DNA of 64,000 bases from Myxococcota bacterium (GTDB lineage: Bacteria > Myxococcota_A > UBA796 > CAJQPC01): assembly GCA_023150775.1 (NCBI GenBank), contig JAKLKE010000004.1, forward strand, positions 2,049 through 66,048, written 5' to 3'. A program made the position numbers and the translations under genes. The notes beneath the pieces are model-generated. The model ran no database searches and had not been told where the DNA came from. It saw nothing but the letters and a program-made list of their open reading frames with translations. Shown here piece by piece: positions 49,248-57,284 of the stretch (positions are counted from its first letter, which is position 1; each line of letters begins with the position of its first letter).

Positions 49248-51026
49248 TTAGGGGGTCGCGGGCTTCTCTTGGATCACGGTGTCGCTGCCGGGCTTGCGCT
49301 CCTTGATGACGAACTCGACGCGGCGGTTCTTGGCCTTGTTCGCGTCGCTGTTGTTCTCCACCACGGGCTTCTCTTCGCCGTAGCCGACGCCCTTCAGCGT
49401 GCCGACCTTGACGCCACCGATGGTCTCCAGGTGCTTCACGACGGACTCGGCGCGGGCCTGGGAGAGCTTGATGTTGGCGGCGTTGGAGCCGTCGGAGTCG
49501 GTGTGGCCACCGACCTCGATCAGGGTGAGGTCAGGGTTCTCGTTGATGACCTTCGCGATGTCGGCCAAGAGCGGGTACGAGACCTTCTTGATCGTGGCCT
49601 TGTTGTAGTCGAAGTAGATGACGTCGAGGATCTCGATCTTCTCCTTCGTCACGATGACGCGAGACGGGCAGCCGTCGGAGCGGCTGGCCTCGGCGCGCAC
49701 GTCGATGGCCTGATCCGGGCACTTGTCGCGCTTGTCGGGCACGCGGTCGTTGTCGCGGTCGGGGCAACCGTTGGTCTCCTTGGGACCGGCCTCATCGGGG
49801 CACTCGTCGTCTTGGTTGGCGAGGCCGTCGGAGTCGTTGTCCGGGCAGCCTTGGGTCTCCTTGGGACCGGGCTTGAGCGGGCAGCGGTCGTCGGCGTCGA
49901 GGAGGCCGTCACCGTCGTTGTCGGGGTCGGGGCAGCCGTTGTCGTCCTCGAAGTTGTCTTTGTCTTCGGGGTCCATCGGGCAAGAGTCGGCGGTGTCAAC
50001 GATGCCGTCGTTGTCGTTGTCGAGCTCGGGGCAGCCGTCGGCGTCCTCGAAGTTGTCCTTGTCCTCGGCCTCCATCGGGCAGGCGTCGATGTCGTCGGTC
50101 AGGCCGTCGAGGTCGGAGTCGGGCGGGCCGCCGGGCTGGCGGTAGTTGACGCCGAGCACGAGGCGGAAGTCGGGAGCGCCGACGCCGGCGATGATGCCGG
50201 TGCCCAGGCCGAGGGTGGCGAGGATGCCCTCGTCACCGCCGTAGGTGCCGTAGACGTGGGCCTCCATGGGGTTCGCGTTCCAGGGGCCGAGGCCACCGGC
50301 GGCGTCGATGACCGAGGTGAGCTCCGCGCCGACGCGGATGTCTTCGGCGACGGTGTAGTTGGCGCCAGCGCCCCAGAAGAGGTTCGTGCCGACGTCGAGC
50401 TCCTCGATGGTGGCCTCGGTGCTCTCGACGTTGATCGTCTGGGCGCCGGAGAACTCCATGCCGAGGTTCGCGCGCCAGCCCAGGTCACCCGTCTCACCGC
50501 CGACGGTGCCGAGCAAGCCCGCGCCGAAGCCGTTGGAGAGGTAGGAGTCCTTCGCGGCCTGGCCCGTGGGGATGTTGAAGTAGGGCTTCACGGCGACGCC
50601 GACACCCTCTTCTTCGTAGGTGAGGAGCGGGACGAGAGCGCCGAGGCGAAGGTCGCCCAGGCGCGCGCCGCCGACGCCGTCTTGGGGGCTGCCGACGACG
50701 TAGAAGGGGATCTCCACGTCAGCGCGGAACCAGTTGTTCAGGTTGTAGCCGCCATGCAGGCGGGTGCCGAACTGGTGCTGCACGACGGTGGTGTCGGACT
50801 CCGCGCCCTCGTAGCGGATGACGAGGGGGTCATTCGCGTAGGAGAGCCCGAGACCGGCGTAGTACGAGCCAGCGTCATCGAGCTTGGGGTGCGCGAGCTG
50901 GAGCGTTCCTTTGCTGTCAAAGGTGTCGCCAGAGAAGTTGAAGGTGTCTGAGTCCTGGGCGAGCGCGACCGGGGACCAGACCGCAGCCCCGATCATTAGG
51001 GCGGCGAGTACGGCGTGGGATCTCAT
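49248..51026 (-). CDS. OmpA-family outer membrane protein with TSP3 repeats (TraB-like architecture)
   Basis: Signal peptide, beta-barrel, DxDxDG..D..D.CP repeats, GHTD...LSQARA...NRRVEF. Confidence 0.9.
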   Translation of the reverse strand: MRSHAVLAALMIGAAVWSPVALAQDSDTFNFSGDTFDSKGTLQLAHPKLDDAGSYYAGLGLSYANDPLVIRYEGAESDTTVVQHQFGTRLHGGYNLNNWFRADVEIPFYVVGSPQDGVGGARLGDLRLGALVPLLTYEEEGVGVAVKPYFNIPTGQAAKDSYLSNGFGAGLLGTVGGETGDLGWRANLGMEFSGAQTINVESTEATIEELDVGTNLFWGAGANYTVAEDIRVGAELTSVIDAAGGLGPWNANPMEAHVYGTYGGDEGILATLGLGTGIIAGVGAPDFRLVLGVNYRQPGGPPDSDLDGLTDDIDACPMEAEDKDNFEDADGCPELDNDNDGIVDTADSCPMDPEDKDNFEDDNGCPDPDNDGDGLLDADDRCPLKPGPKETQGCPDNDSDGLANQDDECPDEAGPKETNGCPDRDNDRVPDKRDKCPDQAIDVRAEASRSDGCPSRVIVTKEKIEILDVIYFDYNKATIKKVSYPLLADIAKVINENPDLTLIEVGGHTDSDGSNAANIKLSQARAESVVKHLETIGGVKVGTLKGVGYGEEKPVVENNSDANKAKNRRVEFVIKERKPGSDTVIQEKPATP

Positions 51027-51228
51027 CAGGGTGCCTCCGTGAGCTTCTACATCTTGGAGAGGGGGCGGCGCGAACAGGCTCGATCGCGGGTCGGGCGCAA
51101 TCTTATGCCATGACGACGCCGTTGCAAATGACAAAATGCTTACCAGGACCGCCCAAGATTGCAGGAGCGCTCGGGTCGGGGCATAGAGCGGCGCACCAAG
51201 ACCCAACAATCAATGATGGAGTGAGTGA

Positions 51229-52482
51229 ATGTCTCTCGTCCCTGTACACGGTGGCCTGTCTGATCTGATCAACCGCACGCTGCCCTGGAGCGCGCGTAAG
51301 TCCCTGATTGAGAAGAGCTCTTCTATCCCCAGCATCACGCTGAACGAGGGCGATCTCGCCACCCTGCACCGCATCGCCGACGGCACGCTCTCCCCCTTGG
51401 AGGGTTTTATGGATGAGGCCGAGCACAACCTTGTGCTCGATCATCAACACGTCATTCGGGGCGGCGCACCTTACGCTTGGACGATCCCCCTCTCTTTGCC
51501 GGTGACCGATGAGGAGCGCGCGGCGCTCTCCGTGGGCGGCGAGGCGATCCTTCGGGATCCCAGCGGCGCGATCGTCGGCGTGATCGAGATCGGCTCGATC
51601 TTTGGCTGGGACAAGGCACGTTTTGTCGAGAAGGTCTACCGCACCACCCGGATGGACCACCCCGGCGCCGACATCGTCACCCGCGACGCCCGCACCACGC
51701 TCGTCGGCGGCAAGATCCAGGCCTTGCCCCCCGCCGTCAACTCGGCCTTCGGTGAGTCGGTCCTGCCCCCCCGGGTCACCCGGGCGATCATCGCCGCCCG
51801 CGGCTACGAGGCGGCCCTGGCCTTCCAGACCCGCAACCCCCTGCACCGCGCCCACGAGTACGCCTTGGTCTACGGGGCCGAGACCTTGACCCGCCAGGGC
51901 CTCTACACCGGCGTGTTCTTGAACCCCCTGGTCGGCCAGCTCAAGGGCGACGACGTCGACGCCGCCACCCGGATGCGCACCTACCGCGCGCTCCAGGTGA
52001 GCCGCTCCTTGGGTGAAGGCGACAGCGACAAAGACCTCTGGGAGTCCAAGGGTTACGACCTCAACGACGTCTTCCACCTCGTCGGCCTCGACATGCGCAT
52101 GTTCTACGGCGGCCCCGCCGAGGCCGTGATGCACACGATCTACCGCCAGAACCACGGCTTCTCCCACATCGTCATCGGCCGCAAACACGCCGACGCGCCC
52201 TACCACGACAAGACGGCGATCTGGGGCGACTTCGACGCCCAAGAGATCTTCGGCAAGCTCCAAGGGGCCCTGTCCACCAAGCCGGTGAACGTCGGCTTCG
52301 CGGCCTACTACGAGTCCATCGGCCGGGTGGACCTCACCGAGAACCACCCCAACGAGAAGCCCCTGAACATCGCCGGGACGAAGATCCGTGAGGCCCTGGT
52401 GGGCGGCGAGCGCCCCGACCCCCGCGTCATGCGCCCCAGCACCGCCGACATCTTGATCGACGCCTACCGCGCCCAGAGCTGA
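51229..52482 (+). CDS. sat: Sulfate adenylyltransferase
   Basis: VPVHGG, SPLEGFM, FQTRNPLHRAHE, RQNHGFSH.VIGRKHA. Confidence 0.95.
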   Translation: MSLVPVHGGLSDLINRTLPWSARKSLIEKSSSIPSITLNEGDLATLHRIADGTLSPLEGFMDEAEHNLVLDHQHVIRGGAPYAWTIPLSLPVTDEERAALSVGGEAILRDPSGAIVGVIEIGSIFGWDKARFVEKVYRTTRMDHPGADIVTRDARTTLVGGKIQALPPAVNSAFGESVLPPRVTRAIIAARGYEAALAFQTRNPLHRAHEYALVYGAETLTRQGLYTGVFLNPLVGQLKGDDVDAATRMRTYRALQVSRSLGEGDSDKDLWESKGYDLNDVFHLVGLDMRMFYGGPAEAVMHTIYRQNHGFSHIVIGRKHADAPYHDKTAIWGDFDAQEIFGKLQGALSTKPVNVGFAAYYESIGRVDLTENHPNEKPLNIAGTKIREALVGGERPDPRVMRPSTADILIDAYRAQS

Positions 52483-52516
52483 GTCGAGCGGGCGTGGGGT
52501 GCGGACGATCCGGACC

Positions 52517-53707
52517 TCACGCCCCGCGCGGGCCGAAGCGGGCCCAGCCCTTGGGCCCCAAGGCCAGCTCCGACTCCGTGAGCAAGGCGGCCTCTAACCC
52601 CCGGCGCACGGCCTCCGCGTCGAGGCCGACGCCGATGACGACGAGCTCTTGGCGACGATCGCCCTGGGGCTCCACCCACACCGCCTCGGCCCGGGCGCGC
52701 ACGGCCTCGTCGTCAGGCCAGCCCTCACGGGGGATCAAGGCGAGCCAGCGCCCCTGATCCTCAAAGGAGTACGACTTCACGGCGAGGGACCACATCAGGC
52801 GCTGCTCGGCGCGGTGCGCCATCCAGACCGTGCCTTTGGAGCGTAAGACGCGGCCGCCCGAGGCGGCGAAGACCTGGATGAAGCGCCCAAGATGGAAGGG
52901 GCGCCGGGCGGTGAAGCTCACCGAAGAGATGCCATAGGCCTCGCTCTCGGGCAGGTGCGTCGCCCGAAGCTCGGCCTGCCACGCCGCGGTCTCGGAGGCG
53001 ACGAGGGGGTTGAACCGGCCGGTGTGCAGCACCTCCGCCAAGGGCACCTCGCCGCGCACGGCGGAGATCACCCGGGCTTCGGGGTTGAGCTGGCGCATGA
53101 GCGAGCGCAGCACGCCGAGCTGCTCCGGGGGCACGGCGTCGGCCTTGTTGAGCACGATCACGTCGGCGAGCTCAATCTGAGCGGCGAGCAGCTCGGCGAT
53201 GGAGCGCGCGTCCTCGGGCCCGGCCTGCATCCCTCGGGCGCTGAGCTTGTCGGCGCGGCCATACTCCTCAGCGAAGCTGGAGGCGTCTACGACGGTGACC
53301 AGGGTGTCGAGGCGCGCGTGATCCCAGAGCGCCTGGCCGTCTTGGGCGCGGAAGGTGAAGGTCTGGGCCACGGGCATCGGCTCGGAGATGCCCGTGGACT
53401 CGATGAGCAGGGCGTCGAAGCGGCCCTCAGCGGCGAGGCGCTTCACCTCTTGCAGCAGGTCGTCGCGCAGGGTGCAGCAGATGCAGCCGTTCTGCATCTC
53501 GATGAGGCGCTCTTCAGTGCGGGAGAGCGCGGCGCCGCCCTCGGCGACGACGGCGGCGTCGACGTTGATCTCGCTCATGTCGTTGACGATCACCGCGACC
53601 CGCAGGCCCTCACGGTTCCGCAGCACATGGTTGAGCAGGGTCGTCTTGCCCGCGCCCAAGAAGCCTGAGAGGACGGTGACCGGGAGCGGACCTGGGTTCG
53701 GCGTCAT
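52517..53707 (-). CDS. COG0523/CobW-family metal chaperone GTPase
   Basis: PVTVLSGFLGAGKTT, NDMSE, GCICC, ESTG, NKAD, RSKG; true start MTPNPG. Confidence 0.93.
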   Translation of the reverse strand: MTPNPGPLPVTVLSGFLGAGKTTLLNHVLRNREGLRVAVIVNDMSEINVDAAVVAEGGAALSRTEERLIEMQNGCICCTLRDDLLQEVKRLAAEGRFDALLIESTGISEPMPVAQTFTFRAQDGQALWDHARLDTLVTVVDASSFAEEYGRADKLSARGMQAGPEDARSIAELLAAQIELADVIVLNKADAVPPEQLGVLRSLMRQLNPEARVISAVRGEVPLAEVLHTGRFNPLVASETAAWQAELRATHLPESEAYGISSVSFTARRPFHLGRFIQVFAASGGRVLRSKGTVWMAHRAEQRLMWSLAVKSYSFEDQGRWLALIPREGWPDDEAVRARAEAVWVEPQGDRRQELVVIGVGLDAEAVRRGLEAALLTESELALGPKGWARFGPRGA

Positions 53708-53723
53708 GTGGGCGAGGCTCCAT

Positions 53724-53740
53724 ATGTAATCAAGTTGCAT
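53724..53740. promoter_or_regulatory. Zur-box-like palindrome upstream of the CobW gene
   Basis: ATGTAAT-CAA-GTTGCAT, two mismatches to the Desulfovibrio-type Zur consensus ATGCAACnnnGTTGCAT. Confidence 0.65.
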
Positions 53741-53779
53741 TAACACTCTTGATGCGATCTTCAAGGAGCCGCTGAGCGC

Positions 53780-53822
53780 TTGACAGACGGGATCCACTTG
53801 TTGATAATGACTTTCACTTTCA
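53780..53822 (+). promoter_or_regulatory. Sigma70 promoter overlapped by Fur-box-like site
   Basis: TTGACA-17-GATAAT; GATAATGACTTTCACTTTC compared with the Fur box GATAATGATAATCATTATC. Confidence 0.7.
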
Positions 53823-53842
53823 TCAAGCCCACGGAGGCCCTC

Positions 53843-54067
53843 GTGCGTGTCCCGTCCCATGAGCACTGCCACCCCATCCCCCTCGCACACGGCCCCGTCG
53901 GCCAGGTCGAGGCCTGCACCTGCGGCGCCGTGCGCCTGAGCGTCGGCCCCCTCACCCTGCGCTTTGAGGCGGCGTCGTTCTTGGCTCTGGTCGATCTTCT
54001 GGAGCAGGCCCGGGAGCGCCTGCTCTGCGGCGGCGCGCGGCCGCTGAACCCGGGCCAGGCGGCCTGA
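53843..54067 (+). CDS. Small His/Cys-rich hypothetical protein
   Basis: GGAGG RBS + GTG; HEHCH...ACTCG.V.L.VG.LTLRF. Confidence 0.65.
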   Translation: MRVPSHEHCHPIPLAHGPVGQVEACTCGAVRLSVGPLTLRFEAASFLALVDLLEQARERLLCGGARPLNPGQAA

Positions 54068-54070
54068 GCC

Positions 54071-54676
54071 GTGGCGCCCACCGAAGACGGCCCCGAGCCA
54101 CCCCCAGACGACGCCCTGGCCACCCTCTGCGCCCGGGCCCAGGCGGCCTGGGTGCGCCGCTGGACACGCTCGTGGCGGGTGCGGCACCCCGGCGGGGCGC
54201 TCGTGGAGGTGGCGCAGGCCGCGGCGCCGACCCTCGGCGGGCTCGACCCCAAGGCCTGCCGCTGGCTGCGCCTCGACCCCGACGCCGCGCCCTGTGATCG
54301 TCGCCCCGGCCAGCCCCGGGCCGTGCGGGCCCAGCTCGACGACCCCTGCTGGCGCCTGGCGCTGGGGGGTCGGCCCGCGCTGATCGTGGCCGGGCGCGCG
54401 CTCTTGGCCTGGCCGCGCCCACGACGGGACGCGGCGTTGATCGGCGTCGCCGAGGCCCTGCCCTGCGGCTCCGAGCTGATCTTCACCGCCGCCGAGGCCC
54501 CGCCAGCCCACCCCCGCCTGCACCTCGTCGAGCGCCGCGCGCCCTTGGACCTCGGCGCCTTGGACGATCCTCCGGCCTGGGCGCCCCTCGCCGCGCCGCT
54601 GGCCTGGCTCACCGCCCCCGACCTCCGCGCGACCACCTTGTGGCGCCTCGCCGTGTGCAGCGACGGGGCGTGGTGA
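54071..54676 (+). CDS. Hypothetical protein
   Basis: ORF 3 bp downstream of the previous gene; no recognised motif. Confidence 0.4.
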   Translation: MAPTEDGPEPPPDDALATLCARAQAAWVRRWTRSWRVRHPGGALVEVAQAAAPTLGGLDPKACRWLRLDPDAAPCDRRPGQPRAVRAQLDDPCWRLALGGRPALIVAGRALLAWPRPRRDAALIGVAEALPCGSELIFTAAEAPPAHPRLHLVERRAPLDLGALDDPPAWAPLAAPLAWLTAPDLRATTLWRLAVCSDGAW

Positions 54677-54679
54677 GGC

Positions 54680-55555
54680 TCAGGCGGCGGGGCTCAAGAG
54701 GTCGAGGATGGCGTCGGTGATGGCGCCGTCGCAGGCCGTGTCGTAGGCGGTGTACATCGGCTGGGCGTTCATCTCCAAGAGCACGAGCGCGCCCTCGTCG
54801 TCCTGTTTGAGGTCGGCGGCGCAGAGCTGCAGGCCCATCGCCGAGGCGAGGGCGAAGAGCGGCCCCAAGACCGCCTCCGGGGGGTCGTCCACCCGCTCAA
54901 AGGGCGCGTCGGGGGTGGCGCGGTGGTCCAAGACCTCGGCGTGGATCTGGAAGGTGAAGGCCCGCTCCCCCACCAAGGTCACGCGCAGCTCGGGGCCATG
55001 AAGGCGCGCTTGCACGAAGGCGGGCGACGGCGCGGCGCTGGCGTCGGCGTCTTGCTCGGCGAGGGCGTCTTCGAGGGGGACACAGAGCCCACCGCCGCGC
55101 AGGGGCTTGGCGACGAGGGCCTCCACCTCCCGCGCCCGCGAGGCGTGGAGATCGTTGGTGACCACCCCTCTGGGCACACGCAGGCCGAGGCGCGCGGCGA
55201 GTCCCAAGGCGGCGACCTTGTTCACCCGCCGACCCAAGGCCTCACGGTTGAGCACGAAGACGCCGGGGTTCAGCGCGGCGTAGCCCACGAGCGCCTCGTA
55301 CCAGTCCAAGGCGCGGGCGGCCACGGCGGGGCGTGGGTCGGCCAAGGCGGAGAAGACGTCGTGGCGGACCCAGAGCGCCGTGGGGCGCAGGGCCTCACCG
55401 TCAAGGCGTAAGACGCCGTCGGGCACGCCCAGGGTGAGCGTGGGCCAGGTCTCCGGGCCGACGAGCAGGCCCCGGGCGTTGATCCCCCGAGCCTCAGCGC
55501 GGCGCAGCGCCCGGGTGAGGTGCGGGTCAAGCGCCCCGCCCGCGAGCAGGATCAC
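54680..55555 (-). CDS. ATP-grasp peptide macrocyclase (graspetide synthetase, PsnB-like)
   Basis: NK..L.LA..LGL.VP...TND, KPL.GGG, AFVQ.RL.G.ELRV..VG, LDHR (DxR), AADLK, LEMN.QPM. Confidence 0.85.
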   Translation of the reverse strand: MILLAGGALDPHLTRALRRAEARGINARGLLVGPETWPTLTLGVPDGVLRLDGEALRPTALWVRHDVFSALADPRPAVAARALDWYEALVGYAALNPGVFVLNREALGRRVNKVAALGLAARLGLRVPRGVVTNDLHASRAREVEALVAKPLRGGGLCVPLEDALAEQDADASAAPSPAFVQARLHGPELRVTLVGERAFTFQIHAEVLDHRATPDAPFERVDDPPEAVLGPLFALASAMGLQLCAADLKQDDEGALVLLEMNAQPMYTAYDTACDGAITDAILDLLSPAA

Positions 55556-55561
55556 CCCGGC

Positions 55562-55723
55562 CTACTTCTCGCCGAAGGCCTTCTTGCTGGCCTGCTGCTG
55601 GCGCTCGTCGCCGGGCTCTTCAGGGATGGCCATGGTCTTGTACTCGTCGTCGCCGGGCTCCTCGGGGATGGCCATGGTCTTGTACTCTTTGGGCGCCTGG
55701 GACTTCTTGGTCGTCTCGGCCAT
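55562..55723 (-). CDS. Graspetide precursor peptide (2 x EYKTMAIPEEPGD)
   Basis: GGAG RBS + ATG; 53 aa; 42-nt tandem repeat at 55605..55687 with synonymous differences; 6 bp upstream of the ATP-grasp gene. Confidence 0.8.
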   Translation of the reverse strand: MAETTKKSQAPKEYKTMAIPEEPGDDEYKTMAIPEEPGDERQQQASKKAFGEK

Positions 55724-55771
55724 GGTGGCTCCGGGGTTGGGGGACGAGGTGGAGGATAGCACCTGCGCGGC

Positions 55772-56248
55772 TCAGCGGGTGGGCTCGTCTTGGTCCGCGC
55801 TGGGTGGGGTTTGAACGGCGCCAGGAACCCGGAACAGCGGGATCGGCGGCAAGGACAGGTCCATACGCCCAAAGAGCGAGTGGGTCAGCTCGCGCCAATA
55901 CGGCCACACGTTGAGCACGCCGTTACGCTCGGCGAAGTCCTCAAGGTCATCCGGCTCGATGACGAAGGAGGCCGGGCGGCCGTAAATCGCCTGGTAGCGG
56001 GCGGTGATGAACAGCGGCGCAGACTCCGGCGCGACGTCTGCTTGGCCAAGGTGAAGGCTGAGCTTCACCGTCACGACGACGCTCGACGCCTGGGGATCGT
56101 CGGCGCCAGTGGCCTCGTAGTGCAGGTGAATTGTCTCGGAGCCTTTGAGCACGCCATCGGTGATGGCTCCGCTGTGGGCGTGAACGTCACGCAGGTGGAT
56201 GCCTTGAAGGTTAACGACTTGCCAAATGCGGGGAGTAGGCGTGGACAT
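55772..56248 (-). CDS. SecB-like chaperone (TAC component)
   Basis: FITARYQAIY...FAERNG..NVWPYWRE....GRMDL...PIP. Confidence 0.8.
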   Translation of the reverse strand: MSTPTPRIWQVVNLQGIHLRDVHAHSGAITDGVLKGSETIHLHYEATGADDPQASSVVVTVKLSLHLGQADVAPESAPLFITARYQAIYGRPASFVIEPDDLEDFAERNGVLNVWPYWRELTHSLFGRMDLSLPPIPLFRVPGAVQTPPSADQDEPTR

Positions 56249-56251
56249 GGT

Positions 56252-56671
56252 TCAGCCCGTGCAACCGGCGAGGGCATCGCCATTGCTGTGGTCAACCGCC
56301 GGGCTACGACGGCAATGTTGAGTTTGAAACTGGTACACGATGGCACCGCCAGTGCTCGACGCAACGAGCGGACTTCTGTAGGAGTCCTTCTCTTTCCACT
56401 CTCGAATCGACAAGTTGACGACACCGCCCATGACATGCACGGTGCTTGCGAGAGTCCGAAGGCTGACGTTTCGCCCCCGAAGCATCTGCGTGATGTTGGC
56501 GGGGGACGTGCCGAGGCGACGCGCCAGTTCGGCGCGCGAGATCTGATGGTCTTCCATCCATCCCGCGATCTGCTCCATCACGTCCACGACGAGACCCTCC
56601 TCCGCATAGATGCGCTCGAAGTCGCTTTCGGAAAGCGGCGTCGGGAGGTTCGTCTGCTTCTTGGTGTCCAT
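56252..56671 (-). CDS. HigA-like HTH antitoxin with C-terminal extension
   Basis: FERIY.EE...M....ISRAELARRLGTSPANITQML.G.N.SLRTL, plus about 45 extra C-terminal residues. Confidence 0.85.
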   Translation of the reverse strand: MDTKKQTNLPTPLSESDFERIYAEEGLVVDVMEQIAGWMEDHQISRAELARRLGTSPANITQMLRGRNVSLRTLASTVHVMGGVVNLSIREWKEKDSYRSPLVASSTGGAIVYQFQTQHCRRSPAVDHSNGDALAGCTG

Positions 56672-56714
56672 GAGTTACACCTCACTACATGTATAGCCAG
56701 AACGCTATAACGGC

Positions 56715-57170
56715 CTATTTTTTTGAGGACTTCGACTTGATGCGCTGGTCGTTCTCCTCCTTCAGCCGCTTGGCTCGGAGAACATCGTCAGGTCGATGCG
56801 CATCCGTCTTCTTGATGACGCAGTAAAGTAAAAACCAAGTGGTCTTTTTCGGGTCAACGGTCTTGTCGGGATAGCACAGCACACGGAGTTGATGGGCCTT
56901 GATCTCATAGAGACCATCCTCCTGTAGATTCTTAAAGCGTAGTTCATTCCGAATGAACGAATGGCCATGCTCCGCGATTAGCCTTGCATAGCGCAAAGCG
57001 GTTGCGTATTCCTTCGGACGCTCAGCCTTGAGCTGATCAAGAAACTCTTTGGATGGCAGTCTCCCAGAAGCATCTTCGGCGAACCGAACTCGACATGCCA
57101 GACCATCGTTAACAAACGGGTCATTCAGCTCAAGCTGGAAATCATCGGACGAGTGGACACGAGAAGACAT
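56715..57170 (-). CDS. HigB/RelE-family (Gp49-like) toxin
   Basis: PSKEFLD, FKNL..DGLYEIK...RV, LLY..IKKT....DV.RA; low GC. Confidence 0.8.
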   Translation of the reverse strand: MSSRVHSSDDFQLELNDPFVNDGLACRVRFAEDASGRLPSKEFLDQLKAERPKEYATALRYARLIAEHGHSFIRNELRFKNLQEDGLYEIKAHQLRVLCYPDKTVDPKKTTWFLLYCVIKKTDAHRPDDVLRAKRLKEENDQRIKSKSSKK

Positions 57171-57256
57171 GGCGATCCTGTGTTGGGCTGTTAGCGGAAT
57201 TAAGGTTCATAATGAGCTCCAGGTGGGGATGAACACGCGACTTAGCGTGCGTAGTT

Positions 57257-57284
57257 ATGTTAACCGTGAAGTTAACGATGTCAA
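57257..57284 (-). promoter_or_regulatory. Candidate TAC promoter with operator
   Basis: TTGACA-16-TAACAT on minus strand overlapped by GTTAAC-N6-GTTAAC. Confidence 0.55.

Noticed and set aside
51229-52482. sat as evidence for dissimilatory sulfate reduction or pilin sulfation
   Set aside because: No apr, dsr, cysC or sulfotransferase in the window.
53708-54523. N-terminal extension of the CobW ORF
   Set aside because: Runs through the promoter region and opposite-strand genes; homology begins at MTPNPG.
55605-55687. 42-nt tandem repeat as CRISPR or VNTR
   Set aside because: Only two adjacent units, no spacers and no cas genes; in-frame with synonymous differences, so it is a coding repeat.
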